64,000 bases of DNA from Pecten maximus (lineage: Eukaryota), in NCBI RefSeq assembly GCF_902652985.1, contig NC_047030.1, forward strand, positions 5,332,001-5,396,000. Direction: 5' to 3'. Shown in pieces: positions 25,801-40,100 of this stretch. Position 1 is the stretch's first letter. Each line of letters starts with the position of its first letter. The position numbers and the translations under genes are program-made. The notes below the pieces were generated by a model. The model was not told where the DNA came from and did not search any database. It saw only the letters and a program-made list of their open reading frames with translations.

Positions 25801-28800
25801 GACAAAGTAAACGTATGCATCTAGATTAATGTATTCACAAGTTAAATACCAAGTTACACTTTGATAGCATTTTAATTTGTACTTATCATTGTGGAAAAAT
25901 AAATATGGAACCGTAAATGATCGGCCTACTATAGAAATAGGATTCAATTTGCTAATACTACTCTGTTGCGGAAGGGATTTAACCGCCATAGTTTCATTTC
26001 AAGTAGGACTTTAACATATTAGTTTTACCAACAATATTTGTAATACAAAATGCGCTACTTTGACAGAAAATAATCTCACTGTTATTCATCAACTTAAATC
26101 ACACCCAATTATTATTCGGATGAAAACAGTGTCAATTTTATTACATCTTTTACATCACAAAATCTCATTAATCTTTGCATTTCAAGTTTTTGATTTTTTT
26201 AGTTATCATCAATGCATTATACTATAAACTTTCATGGCAAATAAATCCAAAGGGTTAACGAAAGAAGGAATATATGAAACACTAAAACAGCAATCAACAA
26301 TTCCTGTAGATGAAACTGGGATAGCGTTAGTTGACTATGACATCCAGCAATTATCGAAAAACAATTAATGTATGATTCGTCACCCAGTCTAGCATATTAT
26401 GTGGATGCAAAAAAAAACCCTACTTCATAAGCATCGTTAATGTTAAATGCTTGTACTAAAAGTAGGCATACATCAAAATAGTTAATGAATCATTCTCAAA
26501 CAGATGATATAGAAAGCGCGAGGATTTATTAGGAGGTTGCCAAAAAATGCATAGCTGCAGTATATTTTAATTAATAACGTAAAATTTGGGGTAGTAGAGT
26601 ATCTATAATAGATATCTATATAAATTTATTCATTTATTTTTTGTGCTTTTTTATGTGTGGTATGATGGTCACGTGAACGTCATATAAGTTGGTCTTACCG
26701 GAGTTCTTCCCTGTATCTGTAGAACTGGAGGTGGTACCTGAGTGAAGAATAACACATCAATTGTTAACAAATGTATGCGCATTATATGCAATGTAATAGT
26801 GACGTTACTATCAGCACAGCTATATCAAAAATCATTACATGGGTGCATATGAATCTTTCCGTTCGGTTATTTATCTGCGATGGTCAGATATATCAATTCT
26901 TATAACCAAATAAAACCACATATTTAATCGAATTCTTTTAGAAAAAAATACTATGGGTTGATCGATTTATCATCTAACTAAATGTAATGTACTGCTGTAT
27001 GAAATACCTCCTCCTTGTACTTGACTGGTTCCATCGCCAGTGTTACCAGTAAAGTAAGACGTTAATATGTCATATTGACCAACGAGGGTTGTAACCCAAA
27101 TGCGCTGTTTTGACAGTAACTAATCTCATTTTGCGTTTCTTCATCTCCATAGACATAATCCGATTGTAATTGTAATGAAAACATGCGATTACATCACCAA
27201 AACACAAATGGGGAATATTTTTCAATAATTTTCTCGTTTAATAAGAAGCATGATAAGACTTGTTCAGTAATTTTGTCTATTTAACATGGAACTTTTTGTT
27301 CGATTTCTGTAAATGAAACTGGGATAGCGTTAGTTGATTATGATATCCAGCAATTTTCGAACTACAAGTAATGTATGATTTGTCACACAGTTTAGCATAT
27401 TATGTGGATGCAAAAAACTAATACATAAGCATCGTTAATGTTAAATGCTTGTACTAAAAGTAGGCAAACATCAAAACAGATGATATAGAAAGCACGAGGA
27501 TTGATTAGGAGGTTGTCACAAAATGCATAGCTGCAGTATATTTTCATTAAGGGTCTTAATCCTCTGCTCCAAATACACTTCCGAACTCAGTAGAGTATCT
27601 ATATCAGATATATATATAAACGTTATGTGTGTTGCGTATATATATATCATATTATATGATGTTAATATGAAAATCAATCTTGTAAGTATACTTATTAATA
27701 TTGAATACAGTTAATAACTAATCATTTCGTTGATATAGCTTTGGTCAAATGTTTAATTTCTTCAGTTTGATTAAAGTAATTTAGCCTCATTTCTTGTACT
27801 GAATAACCTTTACTTAGAATTTCACATTATATATGAATCTTGTTAAAAAACACTTTTGATAATAAATTTGATGTAAGGCGGGACGATCAACAGCTTGGTA
27901 GTTTCAGAAATCACAACGAGGAGACTGATACAATGAACACATGTACAAGTTTATTTACATAAAAATTAAAATTACAAACACATTCACTACTATTCATCTA
28001 TTCGAATACCAAAGTATCTACTCTTCACATGACAGGGATGATTCTGCGTCACTAAAGATACTGAAGTTGTAACTTCAAGTAGGCCCGTTCCAGCATCTAG
28101 CGGTTATGCGCCCACCATCTGAAGCTTTTACAAATATAAACAAACACCTACTAAACATCCTTTCGTGTACATTCATGATCAACATATATTAACAATCTAT
28201 GAAGTAATCTACAGCTCACCAATACATGATTTATTATTGTAAACTACTAATAATTATACCCTAAATATCAAAACAACGCTACAATATAAGGTGCTTGATG
28301 AAAACATTACTTAATTAATGAATTACTATCGTGATTTTGAAGGGAAGTGGCTCCTAGACCGTCATCAGATGCGTCAGTGCGTAAATCAAACTCTTGCTCA
28401 AGATCCGACAACTTCAAGACTTGTTTTGCAGTTGGCAACTCCTTACGAGTGGTGTTAGCTATTTCCTTACTTGAGTCTAATGCAACTTCGATGTGTGTTC
28501 CTTCTTTTTAGGATCCGCTAACGGCACGGCGATGGCAGCAAAGTTTAGTATGAAACGTTTGTAGAATCCCGCCACTCCTAGAAATCCTTTTGGTCGGGAG
28601 TCTTGGCGCATTTTCAGTGCCAGCGCTATCTTTGACTTTTCAAGTTGCAGTAAAACATTTCGAAAAACATGCCAATAGCACGGCAAACTCTTGAAGCTAA
28701 TGGAGTAGTAAGTTCCACCTTGCGTAGATGTGAGAAGAGCTCTTGTAGCATCAGCATATGCTCCTACCATATGCTAGTATATATTGGAATATCATATATG

Positions 28801-31800
28801 AAATTGTCAACGTGCTCCATTCCATCCCATATAACAGCTTTTTCATCAAGCTACTGAACGTTCACCAGCCCGAACGGCTTGGCATTAAATTGGGAAAGTC
28901 CTTGAAAATGCTGTCATCTGCTTAGCTTCTGAAGACAGGGGAGATTACTAATAACCTTGCGCAAATCTAGTTTTGAGAAAAACTTGGCATAGCGACTCTT
29001 GTCGTTCTTCTCTTGATCAATACGACATGTGCTCAATACGGTGATGTAGACGGCTCGATGACGTCAATTTCGATCATTTTCTCCACCTTTTCTCTAATTA
29101 CTTCATTCGCGATGTAAATAACTGATATTGCTTGACGTCTACCGGTTCTTTGACAAAATGATTGATCTCGTGTTCTGCTAGGTATGTTCTATTAGGTAGA
29201 TCAATGAAATTCATTTATTTGTTGTCCAGTGAAGTCCGAACAAATTTCCACATTCTTTACATTCTCCTTACCTTAATTGCTTGGAACATGTCCAGTATAA
29301 CGGGAGCCTCCATCTCGTCTTCCTCAACATCTTCTGACACAACTGTATTCATAACACAGGCAAACACTCAACTATCTCTCCCATGATGTTGTTCGTGACT
29401 CCATGTATTTCTTCAGAAGGTGGAGATGCAGCGTAACTACCTAACGTTCTCTATGACTTTAAAATTTCCTCTCCATTGCACAAGGAGATTGCTCGCCTAG
29501 GTGGGAAGAAGGACCACAGCTTTGTGACCGGGATACAACTCGTTGGATTAAGCTGTTATGTTGAAATGCCTCCTCTGTAGCACCTCCGCTTCTTTCAGAT
29601 GTTCGACTGGGATCTGGCATGTATCTTCCATCCTCTCCCTAAAATCTATAAGATACTGATATGTCGCCTTCATATCATAGTTGGGTATCTCCGTTGTCAA
29701 TACCTCCTTCAGAATCATCATAGGACCCTGCACTGCTCTCCCATATATTATCTCTAAAGGCGAGAATCCTAGACTCTCTTTCGACACTTCCTTATAGGCA
29801 AAACGAAAAGATGAAGTTAAAATACCGATCCCAATTCTTGGGTCTCCCTGTGCTAATCTTCATCAACATCTGTTTCAGAATGCCATTAAAATATTTCACC
29901 AGTTGTATTGTGGATGGTACGGCGACGATATTAGTTGGCGAATCTACAAAGGTCGGCTACCTTTCTTCATCAGTTTAGACGTAAAATAGGATCCTTTGTC
30001 TGTCAGCATTTCAGCAGGAACTTCAACGCGACTTCATATCTTCAACAAAGCTTCAGCAACCCACTAAGTTCCAATACCTTTAAGCGCCATAGCCTCTAAG
30101 TACCACGTGATATAGTCGAAAACGGTCATAATAAACCTATTCCCATGATCCATTCATCCTTTTCAACGGAGTGTCTGTTAACGACATGCATGCTTCGCAA
30201 TGGTACCTTCAATGCTTTCTTCTTTTGGAAGGTGCGCTGACACGTATCGCAGGAACGGCGAATCAGCCCCCCCCCCCCCCCCCCCCCCCCCGCCCCCTTG
30301 GATTCCTGGCCAGCAGAATTGTGTGAGTACTCGATTCGACGTTCGCTATGCAGCCAAATATCTTGACATGATGGATTCATGTTAAAGTTCCAAAAAGGCA
30401 TGTCGGTAGTTCTATGGCACTATCAGCTGTCTGAAGACTTTCCCATTGGCAACTTTTGGACTCTGGAACTCACGGGACATAATGTCCTTATAGTAAAGCC
30501 GAATTCCTTCATAATATCGTGTATAAGATTCCGCCTTTAACACTAACTTCCGGAACTTCTTCAGTATCAGACCACACTTGTTCGTCCTTCAGTTCTTGAG
30601 CATTCCCAATATACTTTATACTCTCTGGTACATAAGACGGGTTTAAAGAGCATCCTATTCTCCTTCACCTGAGCCCTTGTCTCAACATCTTTGACAGCTC
30701 TGTCACCGTCCAATTCTTATCCTGCTGACCAACAGGACGTGTTTCCTTCACATTGCCGACTATCAGTTTGTTGATTGGCGGATCTAATACAAAGGCTTAC
30801 ATGTTTCCGTTAAAGAGTGACATGTCCATTACAATAAGCGGTATATTGGCTAAATAATCAATACTGGAGAGATCAATTATCTACTGAAGGTCCACAAGAC
30901 TTTACCTCACACCTATTGCATCACAACACTCGAGTCCCTTAGACAAGTGGTAACCTACCCTTTCACGCTACCAGATACCATCGGCATAGCATATGTCTGG
31001 CACAGACACATTATTACAGGCAACAGTCAAATGTTTGCATTGGCCTTATTTTCCTAGCGTCTTCGCTGATGCAATTTCAGAGGGGGAACTTCCCGATTAT
31101 GGGCTGCTGTAGTCGACGACTTGTGTCCCCCTACTTTCTGTCCATATCCCCTAGCAGAAAACAAGTTGACTCGCATTCCTCTTGCTGCAACAAACTGATC
31201 AGCAAATCTGGCCATCCTTTCAGTTGACGTTGGAAAAGATACAAATCCTTGTTACTGCAGATGAGAAGTTGGTCCCTAAAAACCATATCCTTGAACCTAT
31301 TGAAAGTCTTCCCTCAAGATAGCTGTCAAGCAAAATGGCAGACTGAGTAAATATTTCACGTATTTTCGAACTTGCTGCCCGAAAACTCCAAATTTTGAAA
31401 AGTTTGATCTGTCATCTTTTCACCGTTTGTGTTCCTTCTGCGCATTCACTGCAGCTCTGGTCTCACCTTCCGCTCTTGTCTTAGCCTCTTCCGTAATCAA
31501 CTTAAACTAATCTTCAGCTTCTCGTACAGCTCTGGCTTCTCTTTACGCTTCTATCTTGGCCTGATCTTCATAAATAGTTTGTTTGTATTCTCCCATTTTT
31601 TTTATTGAAACTCGGCTTCGAGCTGTGCTCGGCGGTCCTTTCTCTCCGATCCACGCTCATCTCTCTCCCTGGCTTCCACTAGCTGCACAGGCTCATAGAG
31701 CTTAAAACCTTTGTAACATAATTCCTTCCTGGAGGCTAGACATCGTGACAGCTGGTAAACTCTGGAGTATCGCAAAGAAAAGTAATGCACTAAAAATTAA

Positions 31801-34800
31801 ACTCGTAACTAAATGCTAAATGGAAACAAAACATTCTGCTCACCATGCACGTTCTTGGTACTCAAATGGCGCCTGTCGGGAATATTCAAATCATAATCTA
31901 CAATGCTTCATCCACAACAGGTTACCCTGAGACACACAACATACAGAACAGAGGGCCACGAAGAGAAAACGTTCAGCAATCTTACCTAACTTTATATCCT
32001 GTGTTTTATCCAAGAAATACATAACGCCGGTCATCCCAACGCTGCCACTCATTTTGTAACGTAAGACGAGCCTTCGCTTGGTAATTCCGGAAATTGACAC
32101 AGAGACTAATGCAATGCATATATGCACAAGTTCATTTACATAGAAAACAATGATTACAATTCTCCAAACTACACTCCCTACATACAACATCTATTCACAC
32201 ACCAATATAACTACAATCTCTTCATGCGTTAACATCAATCATCACTTGTGACGAATTGGTGTCACGAAGCAGTTCCTATAAACAGTGTGGCGCATAGTCC
32301 ATGAATCAATGTCTAATTGTGAAACCCCAAACTTTGCAAATGTGCATCCGTTCAACGGATCACTATATAAGTCCTCTACTGGAAAAGATATAGGAATATA
32401 TTGCGGAAAGCAATCGCCTCCCGTCGGTGATGATAAACGGCCTTTGACTGTCTTCCCGGCATATAAACTTGACCTTTGGTCGGCCCTGATTCTGCGTCGC
32501 TAAAGGCATTTGGTAACTTCAAGTAGGCTATCCCAGCATGTGGCGATCACGCGCCCGTCAAGAGACACTTTAACAAATATAAAAATCAAACACTAAATAT
32601 GCATTCCTTAATCATACTCAATATCAATTATTATAAATTACGAATAAGTATACCCTGAATATCAATTCAATCCCCAAAAAGCTAAATTGTAAGAAACATG
32701 ATTACATTCTACATAAAATAATAATTGACTAACGAATATTACTATCGCGAGTCATATACGACGCCTATGAGCTTTCGTAGAATTCCCCACCTACGCACTC
32801 TCACACCACTACACCTGTTCACGACTATCACTCACGGCTTTCATACAAAATAAGCACGAAGAAAATCACTTTACAAATAGTCACCTATGAATGGCTCGCA
32901 CTGAAAACTAGATGATTTGACTTTCAATAGGGACAATACGAATATGACAATAGATAATCATAGAAAACAAGAAAGCACACGATTTGCGAAAGATAGCAAG
33001 ACTACTCACTTCCAGTCCTATTTCAGGGCTTCTACAAAAGGTAAAATAACGCCATAACACGTCGAACAGGTAAAACGATTTCACGGCAGTACTGGTCACC
33101 AGGTCAGTTCCTCACATAGTGTTCCTAGGTACGCCCACACACGCGCTCGCGTGACTAATACAATACAAAATACATCAAAAATATCCTTTCTTACGGAAAG
33201 TCGCCAGGGTTAATTTTCGTTTTTAAGAAATAGAGGTTACACAACGAGTGGTTGTTGGATATGGAATGTATTTCACACGAGTAAGTTATTTTTTAAAAGT
33301 TACAAAAGACACGAGCTTTTTTCTTTTTTTTTGTGCGAGGGGTCGGAGGGGTCGCCCTGGTAGGGGGGGGGGAGGGGCTAAGCCCCCCGCGGAAAATGAA
33401 TATAGCACATTTGCAATCATTCTGGATCAGGTGTGGATTCAGGATTTTTCGAAAGGGGGTGTAAAGTAATTAAGTGATAATGCGAGCGCCGTAGGCCCGA
33501 GCCCAGCGGGTCCCAGGGTGGCGAAGCCCCCCTGTGGAAAATGAATATAGCAAATTTGCAATCTGCAATTGAAAGGGGGGGGGGGGGGCAGTAATTTAGT
33601 GATAATGCGAGCGCCGTAGGCGCGAGCCGGTTTTTATTTTATTTTTAAGGCTATAAACAAAATTTCCTCCTCCGAAAAAAGGTAAAATTTACCTAGAATA
33701 GGTATTCACTTTAAAAACTTATTATTTTTCCTTGATAATTGACAGGTTTTTAACTTTTCGAATCTGATAGAATGTGTATCTAAAGCGAACCCTATATGCT
33801 GCTAATTTGTCGACAACAGATGCCAGTGCCGTTTCATGTTATACGTTTTCCTCCTTCGTACCTGTCGGTAATTAGTATCACTCTATTCACGTTAAAACCG
33901 CGCATTCTTATTCATGTTGTGTTTCTGTCTTGTTCTCATTATGAACTCAACCTGTCTTGTTCTCATTATGAACTCAACCAACTTCACAAATTATCACCAA
34001 ATTATCGAATCTATGTGATGAAGTTAAGCAAAATTTCGTATTAAGATATAAATATTTACTTACCAGGCTAGTGCAGACGACCGACACACAGGTCTGAGGA
34101 TCGATATACTAGTATAAAAGTCGAATTGTTTCGGATTTACAAGATAAAGTTTTATCGTTGCCTTAAAAAAAAAAATTCGGTTCGAAAATTTACGGATATT
34201 TATCGAAATGAATATAAAATTCACGTTTTTCCCCTTTTTTTTTTAGATTTTGGATGTCAAAAAGTGTGTGTGTGTGGGGGGGGGGGGGGGGGGGGGGGGG
34301 GGCAAAACGATATGTTTGCCCCCCCTGCCCCCCCCCCCCCCGCTTCCTACGACACTGCATGGGAACTAGAAATAAATCTAGTTTTTAAGATATTTAGGGC
34401 TAAAGCAGGCCAAATTAGTCAGTCTGACCGGCAGGTTTTGTGTGAATCGGTCTTAAAAATCAACGCTTAGATACAAAGAGCTGAGATTCAAGTAGATGAT
34501 GGTTTTCTAACGCAAACGATATTATCACTATTTTTTTTACCTACCAAAGAATGCTCACCAAAGAAGTTTTAAAATGGTGTTTATTTTCAGTTTTTATTCG
34601 GCAAATCTATAGACGATCGAACGACCGAAAGCTTCATTTCGTTAATCACGAATACATATTTGTTTTGATCGATATGTAGACTTATTTTTGATAAAATCAT
34701 GATTGATCTATTTAATCTATAATGGTTTTGAACAAAATTTTAACAATGCCTTTCAGGGCATGAATTAACATTCACAGGTACGTTAATATTGAGCTGTGAA

Positions 34801-37083
34801 ATATACATGTTTAAAAAATATTAATGCACCCGGTTTTACCAGCTTGTCGTATAAAAGGAATAACATAGAATAACACCGGACGTGGGCCTAGTTGAGTTCA
34901 GGGCGCTAACTCGTTCAATGCAGCAGTCTAGGTGAGTTGTGTTACATTTTCCCGTCAGGCTCAGTCATTTTTTTTTTATATACATTGTATATATTATACG
35001 ATATTAAAAGTGATGTTGGAGGTAATAGCTGTTCTACTGTGACCACTTTTGTTGCCAAACAGGATCAGTATTCATCGTCTACCCAGACCAGCGTTCATTT
35101 GTTTTCGAGAATAAATATAAACTCGTAAGCATAGACCTTACTGTTATACGTGTTCGTTAACGTATGTGATATCTATTTTCTTTATTGTTTGTTCGTTTAG
35201 TGAAATAACCGTTTCGTAACGTTATGTATACATCGTATTTATGGTTTGATATGTATCTTGATAGGCTGATACTTGTTGATGTCAAGCAGCAATGTTACGA
35301 AATTTTGGCATACATGAGACTAGTTTAAATTGACGCACAGGAACTTTCAAAGAACTAATGCATGCACGTTAGTACAAACTAGCATTACCATTGACTATGA
35401 TAAGCATTATGGACATTTGAGTCGATTACAACATGACTTTTCAGGTTCATGAAATAGCAAATCGAATGAAATTTTACAAGCCTAAAATCACTATTCTGTT
35501 GCAATTACACAGACGTAACTTGACCATTTGTTAGTTCTTATCATGAACATCTATGGGTCTGTATTTTGACATCTGATTTGTTGAGCTACCTGTTAATGTT
35601 GGCAAACATGCATAAAATGAAAGTATTAGGTTAGCAGAAAAATCATGTGGATCAAACATATTGCGCAACTAACCATAAAGTTATGATCACAAGTGTCTAA
35701 CACAGGTAGTGCGAACGTTTGTTTGACCAAATTTTATTTAATAAAACCATAAACATCGTTTCTCTTGTGCAAATGGGTGCAGTTAATAATATAAAACAAA
35801 TATGGCATAAAGGGAGGTTTTAAAATACAAATGTACTAAAAATGCCCATATATGATGACATTAAGACATCTGCATATATATTTTGTATATCGCATATGAA
35901 TAAATAATCTGTAAATAATACTGATTCCATACCGATTGTGTTGAGCCAGGGAAATGCGATGAAACCACAGCGTATCCAAGGAGACAGACTTAACACGTTG
36001 ATCAGATAAACGTTACAATTTTGTTTTGTTTTTGAAGTTGAAATTTTTAGAAGGAAGAATAAAGCTTTTTATATTTTATAGAATATACGACATCCCATTT
36101 TTGTTTTACCATTTTGAAATACATTGGTTATCTGTATGGTATGGGCTTGACACATAACTAATATCCTTCCTGCTACGATCGGAAAACGAGGAAGTGTTAA
36201 TAAATTAGGAATAACAGTGTTGTTAGGATAGAAGTTCAGATATCAAGATACTGTCGTTTAGTATGAACAATGTAATTAAAATAACAGATGAACATTTTAT
36301 TTTTTTATCTAGATGATCAGTATGTATGTTAATTTATATCGTAACATTAATCGAAAGCTATTGAAATCCTCTCTTAGGCTTCATCTATTCTCATTAAATA
36401 TGCTATAATATTCATAATAATGACATTTTGTTTTACAATTTTAGCAGAAATATGCTGTCATATATAGAGGAAAACATCAAATTAGCACAGGCAATGACAA
36501 TATACGTTTAGGAGCAATTAGGGTGAAAAATCAGGATTTTTCAGCTATCGTCAAAAAGATAACAAAAACCATCATAAATAAGTTCTATACAGCAAAATAC
36601 GGATTATTTTAATGCTACATAAGCTTTTTCAACGGATTCATGATACAATGGAACTTCGTTAACTCGAAGGGAGCCTGAAGTTGGTTTCAAGTTCCGAGTT
36701 CCATTTTAGTAAAACGGAACTAGGAACCAGTTCCATGTTCCGTTTAAGGGAGCTAGCTTAAAGTACTTCGTTAGTCCCGGACAATTTTAAAGTATAATGA
36801 TTTATTTTAAAATCTATCAAAATTGTGAAAGTTACGGAAATTTATATTCAGAGGAACTTTAACCTATACATGTTTGTGTCCACGGGCAGTATATGTATAG
36901 ACGGGGCTACTACCCTACTACCTGTTTACACGGGCATTGCCCCTGGGTATACAATTTCATTTACATCATAACTCTGTCTACTTAGACAAAGGTTATAATT
37001 TTATATTATTGCCTTAGTATTTAGTGATATGGATTATGTCATTCACATCGAACCTAGTAATATACATGTAGAAGCAAGAGACA

Positions 37084-37124
<41 letters not shown>

Positions 37125-40100
37125 GGGGGGGGGGGGGGGGTAATTCCCGGTCAGTAGGCTGGGCCAGGATAACCGTGCAACAAATATGTATATACGAAGC
37201 ATGCATGCTATGATAAATATGATGAAGAGTCTAAGGCGTCATCATTCATCCATTCGTCATTATCATCATTCAAGCAACAACGAAACATTTATATATATTA
37301 TGGTTTCTTTTCTTATCTTGATAAAAATTATAATTCGAAAAACTCGACTTCGAAAATACTCGGATAATACGAAGTGAAAATTTTGTCTTAACAATAAAGT
37401 CTGATCTTTTGAAATTAATCGAATAACTCGTAGTATCGTGTTTGAGTCTAGCAACCGTCGGTAGTAATCGCCGGCATCTTTTAAACAACAAGTTCCCGGA
37501 CGTAATACTTAAGGTATCGGCACGATTATTATGCTATTAGAAGTGTTTAATGTATAAATTAAACAAAATTTCTGTGGAATCCAATAAAAACCACTCCCGG
37601 TAATCAAACGTACAATGTACTTATTTAGTTACACAGATAAGTTAAAGTGATCGCAGATGAATCTGCCCGCTCCACCCGCTCGCTCACTACGTAGTTAAAA
37701 TATCACAGTGTGGCCTGTACTTGTCTGGTGTTGTCACAGGTGTAGAAATGGAACGATCCCCTTTGCCTATTAAATCTTTAAATGTCTGAAACAATATCGT
37801 AATTACTGTATAGGAGTTCAGAGTACAGCTGTCTAAACGGTAACCCCTGTCTAATAAATCAGATAACATGCCAACTCAACAACAGAAGCATTTTATGTGT
37901 ACTTCAACTTCCTCGGTAAAACATACGTAAACCTACTAAACAGTATTTATTATATGTCCAGTGTAAGGGAATGGTTACGTTTGATAATATAATGTGTTTT
38001 AGATTTAAATTGTTATTTGATGTGACGTTAATAAGTTGTTATTCTGTTAAATTCCGCTTTATAGCTATTCCTTTCGCAAACATAACACTTACAAAACGAA
38101 ATACTGCACTGAACTTAATGGTGACAGAGCTCAGTTTTAATGATGCGAAACTGTTGACAAATATTGTCAAAACTTTGCACAAAAATGACAACTCGCTTGG
38201 TTCTGGCAAAACTGTCTTTCAAACATCCATTTACGTCAGCTTTCAATTTTTTTTTTTTTTAACAAAAATAATCAATTTTGACAAGCTGTTATTTTGTCCC
38301 GGGATAAACGAATGGATGGTCAGCCGATAAAAATTGCCGTAACTTGCGTAACGTATCCTTGAACAAATTGTTAACCTCAGAGAAACAAAAATTCTAGGAA
38401 AAATACTTTGAGAAAACAAGAAGGAAAATACTTCTTCAATTTTACTTTTAATTTGATTTGCACTTTGACATTTTTAATCATTTTACAGAATACATGGTAC
38501 TATTTATTTTTCACTTTTTCTTATAGAATACTACGTAACTGCATGAGACAGAACTGTTATTTGAATTCCATTCATAGTTAAAACTTACGTTTTTTTGTGA
38601 ACCAGCCAATAGGAATTCGATACGAGAAATCTATCTTTTCTGTGACATAGGATGATAATGATGTGTTAACTAATATTTCTTGATCGAATGACGAAGGTAG
38701 GTCCGTCGGTTACGTCAATCAGTGGAAGTGTGACTTAGTTTCCTTGGCAACTCTACGCACATATAGACTTTTTTATTACAATTAAAGCAAATATATATGA
38801 ACATTGACGGTTGTCATTTTCACCGAATGTGTTTTAATCTAACAGCCAAAAACGTCTTAAACAGGTGCAACATGTAGACCAGGATAAGTCCAAATAACCT
38901 AAACGAAACTCCAGTTCCATTTCCTGACGTAAACAGTATAATTAATGATAATGTTTTATAACTCAACGTTGGAACAAGGTTACTGTTTTCTATTCAATAT
39001 ATCGATAGCATTAAAAAAAATCCACTGTGAATCAATGCATTTTAGTTACACGTATAACAGCGACAGACAGAGAGAGATTTGAAAGTAGATTGCAAAGAAA
39101 CTGGACATGGATTTGTTCTACTCACCAGTTGATGTACCACATGTAGATTTGCAATGCCCCGTATTGCCATTCGGTCCACAAACAGTATTCTCAGCCACAC
39201 ATACTTTAAGATCGGCTGTCAGATGTGATAAACAGATACAATACCAATTACCTTACAAGACACAAGTAAGTGAAGACGAAAACCGACAGAATGTGTTAAC
39301 TTGTATATCTGATACAGTCAAATCTGGATTAACTAAACGATGACAATGTTTAGAATGATGCAGCAATGCCAGATGGCTTAAGGTTCAAACAAATAATTAG
39401 ATTTATAATCTTCCTTTCATTGAAGTGTTTACAAAGAGAAATAGTAGCTGCATTTTAAATAGTATAAAGTCATGACAAAGTCAAGTAAAACGTGTATGTA
39501 CATTATATTTGTCGCACACAATGTAGAAGTATTCCCTTAATTACTGTTAAATGCAGTGGCGATTCTTTCTGCATATTGAATTGAAATCAAAATTACCATT
39601 AAAATGTAGATGAAAATGAAACTTTTGCAATATTGTTCGAGCAATGTCTGTTAGCCTTGAAATATTTTCTATTCATTCTTGTGTGCCAAAATTAATGTGA
39701 CGTCATCATAAGCCTTTCAAATAGTCTAACTATATTCAAGATTCAAAGCCACGAGAGTTTTGTAATACTCTCATGTTACAGAAGCAACATTTTGATAGTT
39801 AGTATCACACTTAATGCTTTATTATTTTTCATGACATCTAGGATTATAAAACTGACAATTAGAAGCGTTGTGACAAAAAAAGTAATACGTACCGCCGGTA
39901 ATATGTCCGCTATCTGTTGCTATTTTGATAAAAAAAATATAGTATTAGAATCATTATTTTCCGCTGCATATGATAATGCAACAGGTAGGCTTAAAAGTTA
40001 GTTTTAATTCTTTAACTTCACTTTGTTAAATTGTACTTTAACAAAGCTCGGCCATCCATGAACAAGATATCATCACGTCTCATGAATTTATTATTTGATC

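Larger units (their letters stand above)
14513..27610. repeat. Tandem array of ~2058-bp units (five near-identical full units plus deleted units at each end), each with one 39-nt microexon
   Basis: Microexon spacing is 1752, 2058, 2058, 2058, 2057 and 2058 bp. The ORF track repeats with the same period. The leftmost unit lacks about 300 bp; the rightmost lacks about 1 kb and is more diverged at its end. Confidence 0.97.

Noticed and set aside
15518-25989. Repeated ORFs MAVKSLPQQ... and MNVSHELLV... in each 2-kb unit
   Set aside because: No recognisable domain, variable stops between units, and intronic position. Their recurrence only reflects the DNA duplication.
14513-27610. Array as rDNA, histone, snRNA cluster or CRISPR
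   Set aside because: No RNA-gene or histone motifs and no repeat-spacer structure; the only functional signal found is the microexon.
30126-37202. Poly-Gly and poly-Pro ORFs
   Set aside because: Caused by poly-C/poly-G runs within repeats.
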